A stretch of 64,000 nt of DNA from NCBI GenBank assembly GCA_047967505.1, contig CM106538.1. One strand, written 5' to 3'. The position numbers were made by a program, and so were the translations under genes. Positions 13,901-25,464 of this stretch are shown piece after piece. The notes under the pieces are model-generated. The model was not told the origin of the DNA, made no database searches, and was given only the letters and a program-made list of their open reading frames with translations. Source of the stretch: Dipteris shenzhenensis (taxonomy: Eukaryota). Position 1 is the first letter of the stretch, and each line of letters starts with the position of its first letter.

Positions 13901-15650
13901 CACCTATTGCAAACCTTATCGCAAGCATACAAAGGAGTCAAGCTCATCGTTATTGGTGAGATATCTTTGGTAGGAATCAACACATTCATAGTGTGCGACA
14001 TGCGAATGCAAGATGCGAATGCAAGATATCAAGCATATCCATATGCAACCCTTTGGAGGTGTTGACGTAATATTCTATGGGGACCTTTGCCAAACTAGCC
14101 CAAGAAAAGACGCATGGGTTTTCTCTAAGAAATCATCAGCACTAGCGCTTGCACCATTTGTCTGGATAGACAACGTGATGTACTATGAATTGGTTCAACC
14201 AGTGCGACAAACAAAAAACCTTTTTATAGATTCTTAATTGTATTGAGTAGGCCAACAAACTGAGACCGACATTGTGTACTAAATGCGCTTTATTGCGGAA
14301 GGAAACTGCCAGTAAGAGAAACAACACCCCACCTCTTTTACAAAAACGTGTCAAAGGATAAGCACAATCATGCAATTTTTGAAGCACTCACAACAAGAGC
14401 TTTCACCATCAAAGCAAAAGACTTAAGACATCGCACATGCAACAAAACAATATGAATACCAACAGACATGAAGCTAAGAGAAGACTACACTCAAACCTCA
14501 ATCTGAAATAAGGAAGCATTGTTGAAATTTGCTCAGGGAATTTGGACATAGCTGACAAACTTGTCAATAGTGTGGATGCAGTTTTCAAAACAGTTGACCT
14601 GGCTAGGATACCTCCTATGCTTTGGGTCCAATTCACTTTACACAAATGTCGGTAAATGCACAAGAGCTTCATAGCTTGCACTCTTCACTTCCAACATTGA
14701 GAAACAATGGACACCAATCAAGCAAATAACAAGGGACTTCCAAATAGGAAAAAATCATATCAACACCATCTGCAAAAAATAGTTTCCAATCTAGCCGGTA
14801 GTCACACGAACAATCCATCACACACAAGGCCTTTCAATGGACCCCTCACCTTTGATCCAATGCATGTGAAAGCACATGGGCTCGTCTACATAGCTCTTTT
14901 TAGAATTTGTGATCCAGCATCCCTTTACTTACTTTGCCCTCTAGAAAACAAGCACATCAAGGTAGACTTGGTTGTCCTATCCAAAATTCATTGACTCTCT
15001 TCCACTAGGTTGTGGGAGACAACCTAGAAATATTTTCATGAAGAATCTATTGGAGAGCGATCATTGCAATCCCTCAACACAAGATCGTTCCATGCACACC
15101 AAGATGATGTCATTGCCAGCCAGAGTGTGCTTAACACCACAATTCTTTGCCTTTAAGAGCTTCATGTATCACCAAATCACAACACACATATAATCAGATT
15201 CAACAACTCTCGTAGTATAGAAGGTTTTGGGCTAGCAACATACTTAAACAAAAACATAATACTCATGCATGAGGTTTTTCTATCATCATACAATGGCATC
15301 AAGTGCCTATTGACTGTCCTCCGTGCACCATGCCACACATAAATGGATGTTATCAATGTCTACAAGCCACCATAAACTCTGACAATGTCATTGATACATC
15401 CCCTTCGCAAGCTATATGTAGAAATAAAAACAACAATCCCAAGAACTGTCATAGGCGACTTCAACATATGCTTCCATAAACAAGGCCCATCACAAAACAA
15501 TCTCAACACATTCATGTAGACAAGAAACATGGAGCAACTAATCAAAGACCCAACAACAGTCAATGGCTTGACCATAGACCACATCTGGATACAAAAATAA
15601 TCCCTCATTTCCTTCACACAAGGTACAAATTACACATTGTTCTAACCACT
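10950..15650 (+). mobile_element. Decayed rolling-circle transposon (Helentron/Helitron2-type): Rep + PIF1 helicase + C-terminal AP-like endonuclease
   Basis: PLEG..PMSIFKD..DELA (~11710); LFAMLR*L.PPCFFLTLSS (Rep motif I, ~12100); DPIITARYY..FVTEFQ (motif II, truncated); WGANIDIQF..AAYYTSHMTK (motif III); LNKEQ..LFLSGNASIGKTF (Walker A), PFGGVDVIFYGDLCQ; endonuclease motifs at 15061-15600. Many stops and frameshifts; termini not identified. Confidence 0.88.
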
Positions 15651-16053
15651 CTCTCTCATGTACACAACATTACACACAAACTTGTGGGCATGCCACTTGA
15701 ATGTAATTCATCTTGTTTTTGTGGAGCTTTGTTATTAATTAGTATTCGTGTGTTGCAAGTTTTGCAAATGTGGGGTTGTGCTTATTGTTTCATTAGAAGA
15801 ACAATTCCTACTCTAAGATATAGACAACCTACTTTGGAGGGCATTTTTCAGTAAGAGCTTGTTCACAATCTTGCCAATTCTCATCTATATATGTAGATTT
15901 ATAGAGGGCTTCTTACTCCTTTCATCTAAGGAGCGATTCTTTGATGAGTCTGACAATTTTGGGGCATGAACACCTTAAGGATGGGGGCCAGTCATCTCTG
16001 CCAGCTCATAATTGTGTTGATTTGGTTTAGGTAGTGCATGGAACTTGATTAAG

Positions 16054-17385
16054 CATGTAATGTGTAATATGTGACTCCCCCCATGCTTCTACAATCAATG
16101 ATATGAATTCTCCCAATGCTGTCATAAATCTCTCATAATAAAGCTCATCTATTTGACCTTGTCTAAGCAACTTTACATATGCATCAAGCTTTGTCTACAA
16201 TTTTGCTCTTAAAGTAGCAATCATACGGATGTGAAGCTTGATTCGTAGAGCACTCATACAAAGCTTTCCAATACTCCTAATCTAGGGTGTTTTGAGCCAA
16301 TGTATGTTTTCTTTAGTAGCATTGTGGTTATACAAGAACCTCCTTGACACTTTATCATGAAGATTTTATGTCTTTCCTGATTGTTTCTTATCCTGCTTAA
16401 GCTTCACATTGCCACTCCGTGGAGTCCCATTGGTGAGAGTAGTTCTTCAGCTTTTGCAATGCATTGTGCAGAGACTTGCTATGGCCTCAAATTCCAAGCA
16501 TAAACTAAATGGAGATAGAGTAACTTATCAAAAGTATGTGGATTTCAACATGCAAAGTGCACATATACCCGCTCCAATGGAATCGATAGAATGAGGTCCC
16601 ACTTAGGATCCTTTTTGTGATGATCAAGGGCTGCACTTTGGTTGCAAGAAGGATGCCATTTTTTTAATTGTAGGCTTCTCTTTTGCATCTTCTGAGAGTT
16701 GGTGCAATACAGGCATGTCCATTTGCATCTGCACCTGTATCACAACCATACAAGGACTTGAGGGTCTTCAAATCACTAGCTAGATTCCATTCAACTTGAA
16801 ACATTCCATGTCCATCCACTGTCAATGTTTGCCCTGCCTCTTGTCTTTGAATAATTGATGGGATGCCAATTCTCTCCAAAACCCACTTCTATGTCTCATG
16901 GCATTGCTTTGGGTCTCAAAGGTTGCAAAACCAAATATATCCTTATATTGGACTGAGAAACCTTGCTTAACTTCCTCATCCTCTTGAGCAAAATGCAAGG
17001 CATCATTCTCATAATACATATGCTCACCCTCTCTAGCTTGTGCTCTTTTACCAACTAAGCGTCATCCATTTTTATAACAAATACTAACTTGCCATCTGTA
17101 CAATGAAAGAGAAATATAGTAAGGATATAGAAATGAGAAGGAGTAAAGTTGAATGCAATGAAGGAATTTCTCTTACCTTCTTCTCTCATCCTATAGAATT
17201 TGACCATGGATCTCTACAAATTCTCTACATCCACGTAAACATTATTGCTAGCATTTATCTCAAACGTTTGGATGCTAAGTTTCTTTTTACTCTTCCAATA
17301 CATTGTGCCACTTACACAATGGTATCCTCCGAGCTTTTCTCTAGCACATTGGTTTGTTTCTTGACATGGAAGCCTTGCAGACTAG
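16054..17385 (-). pseudogene. RAG1/Transib-like transposase fragment (copy A, central part)
   Basis: Collinear diverged copy of ~27221-28568, including KMD, FQVEWNLASDLKTLKSLYGCDTGADA, the same intron and WGESHITHYM. Confidence 0.85.
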
Positions 17386-17978
17386 GAACGTACGTTTTCT
17401 ATGCATAGGATTTCCTTTGGAAGATGAATATGTAAGAGTAAGACAACAAAACACAATTTTTAGTAGTTTAATGGAGGAATAATCGGAAAACAGTTGTAAG
17501 CATATCTAAAATGAAACACAATATTTCTACTTCATTTGGAAATGCTAAATCCAGCAAGAAGAGAGTGCCATACACAATTCTTTCATATAAATTATTGAAA
17601 AAGAACCACAAATCCAATAAGAGCTTTCATGAATCATACGGTCCAAACAATCTTCAAAATAAGGCACACGATTGAATGATGTTACAATTTCTATCTTGGA
17701 TTTGAAGTTGGAAACACATCACATACACAATGCAACCCAATAATCTTTGTTTGAAAGATGAAGGTAGAGAACAAAGACAGCACAACCGCAGATCTCTCAT
17801 GCAAACTTACGAATCGTGCATACCTTCACGGTTGGCCATCTTGATATCTTTTGTTTATTCAAAATCCCAATAGTGTAGTTCCCCACAAACCACAAGCCAA
17901 AAGCGCATGAAAATGTAAAGGTTTTGCAACCACAACAACATATATAGTGATGTTGACATAAATGAAACAAGGCTTACA

Positions 17979-18360
17979 TTGTGGAGCAATGGGGGCCTCT
18001 GTCCATTTTGAATACTCAAGGAATGGAGAAATCACACTACAGAGCAAAGGCAACCTACTTCAAGAATACAAGGCATGGGGGTGGTATCACGTGAAGCAAT
18101 GGACTACACGAAATGTTTGACTGGTTTTATAAATGTCTAGTGTCCAGGACTCTCAAGCACGACAAGGTAGAGATCTCAAGTCTCATAAAAGTGGTTCAAC
18201 ACATCAAGAAGACAAGGATATGTGCTGCTTAGAAGTCCTCGATAGGGAAAAAAGGGGTTGCACTTTGGTTGCAATGTAGAGTTAGACAGGGGAGGCATTG
18301 GGTCCTAAGAGAACCCAAATGTAACAAAATTCACAAATTTGTTTGGAAATTGCAAAGTTT
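17979..18360 (+). pseudogene. C-terminal part of RAG1/Transib-like transposase (copy A)
   Basis: Translates VEQWGPLSILNTQGMEKSHYRAKATYFKNTRHGGG. Confidence 0.85.
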
Positions 18361-18583
18361 CATGTGCATATGCATCTGCGACATGGCAGGGCAGAGGGGT
18401 GGGTGGGTTGGGAGGGAGGGTGGTGAAGATATAGCGTTACCGAACTGACAATGAAAGACTGGGGGGGTGGAGAGGGGGTGCACCAAAAAAGCCCTAATTT
18501 AAAAGGGCCTGTAAATAAAAACCCTAAAGTGCTATAAAAAATACTATATGAAGAGCTTCAAAACCCTAAAATCCCTCATATCT

Positions 18584-19625
18584 ATGGCACGAGTTAAACA
18601 AAATGCTAGACCCCTACTAGACACTGTTTAGACGCTACCTGCTCTCCTCCTCAGAACTCCATGACCTCCTAACACACTGCGAGCCCTAGTGGCCAACACG
18701 GAAATGATCAAAATGGATCAGGGGGTTCTCATCATCAAGAGTCCTAGCAATGCGAGTCCCCACCATCTGACTCTCATAGGGGATCCTAGGGATCTCAACA
18801 TGATGAGGGATCCCAGCATGATCAGGGGTTCTCTCAGTCCTTCCACAAATTAATCGTGGAAGTAGAGAGGTCTCCCGAGAGGGACAAAATAGTTCCATCA
18901 ATCATGATCAACTACAAACCATTATCATGCCCCTTCCTCCTCCGTGGGGTGCTCGCATTCAGCATCTAGACCAACAAGGGGAGCAAGAAAGGAAAAGCAA
19001 GGAGATGGAAAGATTAAAGGGGCCACAACAAGAGGAAGTATTTGGTGGGCTCGCATATATTATGAACCTTGGCCCCAATCCTCCAACCAAGTAGACTGCA
19101 CGGAAGAGCACCATCAACCCTCAGTGCCTTGAGATTGTCACATATGAGGAGCATCTAGTACGAGCTGAGAAAGAGCTTCAACTCGACTCATAGCCTCAGT
19201 GAAAGGGAAAGGGAACAAGGACAAAGTAGACCCCTAGGCACGAGAGGCCACCTTGACAGACCCACCAAACACAAAAAGAGGAGTCTGAAGATGAAGTTGC
19301 AAGGGAGGAGAGGTGAAAGAAGTTCAAAGCGGACAAGCGGACATGGAGTCATGTCCAAAGGCCAGTGCAGGGTCCACCAAAGATTAAGAGGCACAGGAAA
19401 TCAGGCGTGAAGGCACTTCAAGAGATCCACAAGTTCTAGAGCACTATGGATAATCTCATTCCCCGTGCAACCTTCCAATGTGTTGTACGTGAAATAGCAC
19501 ATCATTACAAGAATGATGTGTGTTTCACATTTGGTGCTCTGGGAGAAATTCAAGAGGTGACGATGGAGTAGATGGCAGTAGGTCTTTTTGAATTCATGAA
19601 CTTATGTGCTATCCATGCTTGGCGT
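18584..19625 (+). pseudogene. Histone H3-derived gene with long N-terminal extension (copy A)
   Basis: Starts MARVKQNAR; fold region SGVKALQEIHKF*STMDNLIPRATFQCVVREIAHHYKNDVCF..ALGEIQE..VGLFEFMNLCAIHAWR aligns to H3 [62 protein letters not shown]. Confidence 0.9.
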
Positions 19626-20106
19626 AATCTGAATCATTTTGTAAATCTCTACCCTTTGAGGCCAGTGCATAGAATATATTTTTATGTTCTATTATTGTTC
19701 CCATGTTATTATGCATGTTATGTGATGATTTCCATCACTTTATGCAAGTTTAGTGTGACTTTGAGTGGTCAAATGATGTTTTTTCGAGGTCAAACAGGCT
19801 CCATACGTGCCTTACTGGGTTTTGACCTTTTTGGGCTCCCTGCATGATGCTGAACACTTTTCCCTTCTGCACCAAGGTGAGATTCTTGCTAGATTGCTCA
19901 GAAATGACCATTATAGTGCAAAAAGTTATCTGATAGCATGAAGTTCGAACATAAAAATGAATGAAAATATTAATGCCAACAATAATTAAAGCCACATAAT
20001 ACAATGACAATATAAAAGAAATTTTGTAAAAGAACAAAAAATGGGACACTATAGAAAAAGTATATCTATATTCATATAAAATAAAAGCTCTATACAATAA
20101 GGCTAC

Positions 20107-21341
20107 ATAGCCTTTCTCTCTTCTCTAAAACATTGAGATATCGTGCTTTGAATTCCCAAATAGACTCCTAGCTCTAAACCTAGTCGATAGAGTATCAATG
20201 CTATTATCGTTGTTGGCCAGGGACATGGCTGCTCCCATCAATGCCATATCTTGAAAATTGGTTCCAAAAGCATTGAGGGCATCTATGCAGTTCACCAAAA
20301 TGACCTTGTCAGCATTCCGATTGATGTCAGCATGACCAATCACTCATGACAAGGACTTGCACTTCAGAAGGTCCTTAGTGCCTCGTGGCAAAATGTTTTT
20401 GTGGATAAACACAAAGTGCCATTTGGCTTGGCCAAGTTAATGTGCCAGTGATGAGTGATCTCAGCCGTGTAGCTACTACAAACAAGGCGTTGGCAAGATG
20501 AGAAGAGGTCAACCCAAATGCCTCTTGCAACAATCCAACATTACATTAGAATGCTGATAAAGAAAAATTATACCAAGAGAGAAGAAATTCAAAGCTCATA
20601 GTTTCTTACCACTATGGAGTTGTCATGCTCAATCCCTTCCTCTTTGTGAATGAGGATGGATCTAGTGGCCTCCTGCTATTCAGAGTGAGATGTGGAGGCT
20701 TCTTCTGGCACATTAGGTAGGTTGGAGTAGATCTCTTTGTCTGCATCTTTGATTCTAGCCCATGTGAAAGGAAGAACCTCTCTCCTTGAATTATTTGCTC
20801 CCAAAAACCTAGGTTCTTGCATAGTCATGTCCACCTTGTATCCACACAGGACACCAAGAGCTTCATCCTCCTAGAGACCAAACAAAACCTCGATGTCATG
20901 GAGGAAGAGGTATTGTTCTCCATTGACAAGAAGGGTAGCAAGTAAACATACTCAACTGGTTCCCACTCCTCAAAGTTTGAAGGAAATACATCTACCATGC
21001 ACAAGTGCTATTTCAAATCTTAGAAATATTACATAGAATGTAGACTTACAATGCAATGGTATTGTCGATTGATTGCTTGATAGAGCAAGGTGCATGTCCT
21101 TCCCCATGTAGATGTGTTGCACCTTTGCAAGCCATCCTTTCTTCCCAAGCTTGAATTTCATGATGTGGCCCTTCCATTTATGGAAAAGATAATCTCTCTT
21201 GCTCTTGGGAAGCTTATGTGGACCCTTGGCAGATCCTCTCATGACTATCCAATCATTCAAGATGTAGGTGCAAGGCACCCATTCACCTAGTGCATTTTTG
21301 CTCCTGTGGGACACATAAGATATGTATGGTCTCCTCACCAT
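20107..21341 (-). pseudogene. Gene X (copy A): spliced gene with BAH-like N-terminal domain and unknown C-terminal domain
   Basis: YILNDWIVMRG..KWKGHIMKF..AKVQHIYMGKD..LH|YVFPSNFEEWEPVEYV across a phase-1 GT-AG intron (~21048-20993); downstream exons match 24210-25034 and 34865-35435. Confidence 0.65.
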
Positions 21342-23329
21342 TCTTGTACAAAGGTCACAACACCAAGAATGGAACTAAAAATGTAGCTTGGAGGGAGAGA
21401 GAAGCTCAAATAGAGGGAGAGAAAGGGAGAGACGGGGAAGGTATAGAGGGTGCAACTGAAGGTGAAGATAAGCTCCAAGAGGTGTTGTAGCTAGGAATGG
21501 AGGGGGAAAGAGTAGAGGGGGATGAACAAATTCTGTAGGAGGTATTGTAGCTAGGAATGGAGAGAGAAAGAGTAGCTCCTACAAGAGGTGTTGGAGAGGG
21601 AGAAAGACAGTGGACCAAAGTAGGAGGGGAGTTCCCACATTTGAAAAATGGAGGGAGAATGGAGCTAGACCAGAGAAGAGGAGGGGGCAGGCTTGAAACA
21701 AGCTGAGAGGGGGAAAAAATTCACCCAAAAGGGCCCACCGCCTCTTGAATGAATTGTAGGATTGTCTGGGGGAACTGCATATGGGAGGAGGGTCAAGCAT
21801 GGGTTGAGGGGGGGGATGGTTTGAGTGGTCCCCGATGTAAGAGGAGTAGCCAATAGGGGCTATTTGCAGGTTTGCCCACCCTTCATCTCAACATGGCATT
21901 GCCCCAAAAGAAGGATTGGCACACCTCAAATACCTCACTAATCCCTTGAAATTAGGAATTAGGAATCAGGAAAAAAGGGAGCTCATTTTGGGGTCTTTAA
22001 GGTTTGGAAAAATGTCCCTCAACCAATGAGGAGAAGGCCAACACAATGTAGAAATTCCACAAAAAGAAGGAAAAAATATGAAAAAAAAGTACTTTATGTT
22101 GCTACAAGCGTGTGGCATTAATGAGAAGATTTGTTTTTTATTGTTTTATGATTCGCCTGTCTCTATCAAAAGATGTGGACCCAAAATCAAAACAAAGCTC
22201 CATTTTGTCTTTGATGCTTTACATGGTGCTATTGGGGAGCTACAATACAAACGTAGAAAATCAACAAAGCTAGCTAAATCGGGTATATTTTGTAATGATC
22301 ACTTTTATCAATTCTACTCACCCATACAATTTATTAAAAAAGCAAGATCTCCCAGCATGGAATACAATTGACTAGCCAGTCCCTGATGGCATCATCACAA
22401 AATCATATAAAGCCAAACTATTTTAAAAAATACAACATTCCCTGAAACCAAATATTGCTACAATCAAAATTAATGTTTCATGCCACTTACATTTTTTGTA
22501 CAACTTTTTCAAGATTATCCAATTAAAGTTTGTAAGTCAATGTTGACTTTTAGAGCAAAAGGATATAATGAAATTCCAATTGCAAAAATTTTGGATAATG
22601 GTCAGGATAGAATGGTGGCCAACAATGTGTATTGTGAGGTTGCTCATAACTTCAATCAACATTAAGTACATGATTTCCTCGCAAAACTTTATTTTCTCTT
22701 TTTACTGTAAACATAGCAGGATGATAGGCAAAAAACTTGTGGCAATCGACCAAGACGAGAGGTCTTCAGGTCTAATAATTAAAATAAATGTTATTGAGAA
22801 TGACATCCTTCTAACATCCATCTCACTGGGACAATGTTGCACTCTCTCTCAGTTACACAATGACATTATTATGGAGACTGAGAACAATATCTGCAAAGAA
22901 TTTTCATTCATTTTGAACAACAGGAAAGTAAGTTGGTTTCCACCCTGTGTTTCTCCTAAAGCTATTCTCTTTACATTTGCATCATACATTCATCTATCAC
23001 TTCTAAAGTTATGATATTGCTAAAAAAATATTTTTGCAGATACTGCAAAGGAGCGAAAGAAAAATTCAATGCAAGGACATTGTAAATAGAACAATTTAGA
23101 TAATTTAAAGCTATTGACTCCAGGTATTACTTGCAATCCAAAAAGAGAGAGTTGACATGTGATGTATTAATACAAAATGAGTACAAGTATCGTGTGTTTT
23201 TCTATTGTTGCTCATAATCTTTCTCTTGACTTTTGTGCAGTGGAGATTTCTGAGAAGAGTTGTCTTTAGCTTCTTCCACATGCTAGTTAGGTGGCTGCTA
23301 CTATACATCCTCCTAATGACTTGAGTCCT

Positions 23330-23526
23330 CTATGGGCTTGAGATCTCGGCCTGTTGCAATCGTATTGCCTCCTCGTGCATCGACTCGGGATCATGTTGCT
23401 TTGATGTCTCTACCTCCTCATGCATGGGCTCGAGCTCGTGTTGCTTTAATGTCCCTGCCTCCTCTTGTGCATGGGCTCGGGATTTTTTGGTAGCTCTGCA
23501 TGGAAAGGATCAACTGTGGCTTGTCC
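23330..23526 (-). pseudogene. Downstream part of an acidic, repeat-containing ORF interrupted by the TIR element
   Basis: QATVDPFHAELPKNPEPMH then (E)PMHEE-type ~39-bp repeats; continues in frame from ORF 30637-30368 if the element and 3 bp are removed. Confidence 0.55.
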
Positions 23527-23558
23527 CATTAGGGAAGAATTGCGCTCTCCAAAGGGCC
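23527..23558 (+). repeat. Left TIR
   Basis: CATTAGGGAAGAATTGCGCTCTCCAAAGGGCC. Confidence 0.87.
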
Positions 23559-24190
23559 CCCAATTAGTGTTTCCTAATTTCAAGGGATTAGTGAGGTATT
23601 TGAGGTGTACCAATGGGAGTGCTCCTTTTTGTGGGGCAATGCCATGTTAAGGTGGAGGGTGGTGGGCATACCTACAAACAAACCCTATTGGTTGGCTACT
23701 CCTGTTACATCGAGGACCACTCAAACCATCCCCCCCCCTCGTCAACCCATGCTTGACCCTTCTCCCATATGGACCTCCCCCAAACAAACCTACAAGTCAT
23801 TCAAGAGGCGGTGGGCCCTTCTGGGTGAACTTTCCCAAGCTCACACCCTTAGGGTTTAGGGAGGTGCACACTGATGACCTCCTAGCATGTGGAGTCATCG
23901 AAAACATAGGAAATAGGTTCATATCCTAGGAAATGACCTTTATTTTCCTTCTCCAAGAGGGATAAATGGAAGAGGAGGCCTCGATCTCAAGCCCTGACCT
24001 TGCCCCTACCCTTTCCAATCCTCTTATTTCTGTAGATGAGCACAACATCTACTATGAAGAGCCCATAGATGAAGAAGCTGAGGAGCAGGAAGCTACATTG
24101 GCCTTGTAAGTGCTCCAGTGACCTCCTGAACCCCATTCTACTTCTCAAATTCCACCCACATCGGGCACCACCTCTGTTGACCCCGCAACA

Positions 24191-25034
24191 ATGATATGGT
24201 TTCTTGATCCCCTTCTTGTCGATGGAGAACAATACCTCTTTCTCCATGACATAGAGGTTATGTTTGGTCTCCGGGAGGATGAAGCTCTTGGTATCCTATG
24301 TGGATACGAGGTGGACATGACTATGCAAGAACTTGGGTTTTTGGGAGCAAATGATTCAATAGAAGAGGTTCTTGCTTTAACACTGGTCCAAATCAAAGAT
24401 GTAGAGACATCAATCTACTCTGACCTACCTGATGTTCCAGAAGAAGCCTCCACATCTCACTCCAAATAGCAAGAGGCCTCTGGATCCATCCTCATTGACA
24501 AAGAGGAAGGGATTGAGCATCATGACTCCATAGTGGTAAGAAACTATGAGCTTTGAATTTCTTCTCTCTTGGTATACTTTTGCTTTAATGGAATTCTAAT
24601 GTAATGTTGGACTATTGCAGAAGGAATTTGAGGTCGACCTATTCTCATCTCGGCAACGCCTTGTTTGCAGTAGCTTCGGCCGAGATCACTCATTGGCACA
24701 TTACCTTGGCCAAGCAAAAGGGCACTTTGTGGTTATCCATAAAAAGTTTTCTCATGGCACTGATGACCTCCTGAAGTGCAAGGCCTTGTCAAGAGTGATT
24801 GGTCATGCTGACATCAATTGCAATGTTGACAAGGTCATTTTGGTGAATCGCATGGCTACCCTCAATGCCTTTGGAACCAATTTTCAAGGTATAGCATTGA
24901 TGGAAGCAGCCATGTCCCTGGCCAGCAATGATAATAGCGTTGACTCTCTATCAACTAGGTTTAGAGCTAGGAGTGTATTTGGGAACTCAAAGCCTGATGT
25001 TCTCAGTGTTTTAGAGAAGAGAGAAAGGCTCTGA
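24191..25034 (+). pseudogene. Gene X (copy B), 3' exons; BAH-like exon absent
   Basis: ORFs 24191-24469 and 24615-25034 linked by a GT-AG intron (~24536-24620); homologous to copies A and C. Confidence 0.75.
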
Positions 25035-25271
25035 AGCCTTATTGTATAGAAAATTTATTTTATATGAATACAACTATACTTTTTATACAGTGCCCCATTT
25101 TGTGTTCTTTTACAAAATTTATTTTATACTATCATTGTATTTTGTAACTTTAATTGTTGTTGGCATTAATATTTTCATTCACTATTCTGTTCAAAAGCAT
25201 GTGATTAGATAAATGTTTGTGCTATAATGGTCATTTCTGAGCAATCCAATAAGAATCTCACCGCGCGGCAG

Positions 25272-25457
25272 AAGGCAAATGTGTTCGACATCGTGCACGG
25301 AGCCCAAAAATGGTAAAACCCACTATGGCATGCATGGGGCCTGTTTGACTTGGTTAAACAGGCCCCATGCGTACCCCAAGTCAAACCGGCCTCATGCACG
25401 ACATAGTGGGTTTTACCATTTTCGAGCTCCCCATGCGATGCCGAACACATTTGCCTT
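25272..25457. repeat. Long imperfect palindrome between the convergent gene X and H3-like genes
   Basis: AAGGCAAATGTGTTCGACATCG..TGGTAAAACCCACTATG..TTTGACTTGG pairs with CCAAGTCAAA..CATAGTGGGTTTTACCA..CGATGCCGAACACATTTGCCTT (~75-bp arms). Confidence 0.9.
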
Positions 25458-25464
25458 TTGTCAC

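Larger units (their letters stand above)
17979..21990 (+). mobile_element. Partial copy A of the H3-carrying transposon, inverted relative to 23550-27114
   Basis: Reverse-complement similarity over the transposase 3' end, H3-like gene, half palindrome, gene X and the subterminal region (21700-21960 vs 23570-23830). Confidence 0.85.

Noticed and set aside
21990-22028. Possible TIR of copy A (reverse complement CATTGG...)
   Set aside because: Only the first few bases match the TIR, and spacing to the shared subterminal block differs
22568-23110. Ubiquitin-like domain impression (also ~34350-34500)
   Set aside because: Only a vague pattern (TL..L...F.LN..K); not supportable without a profile search
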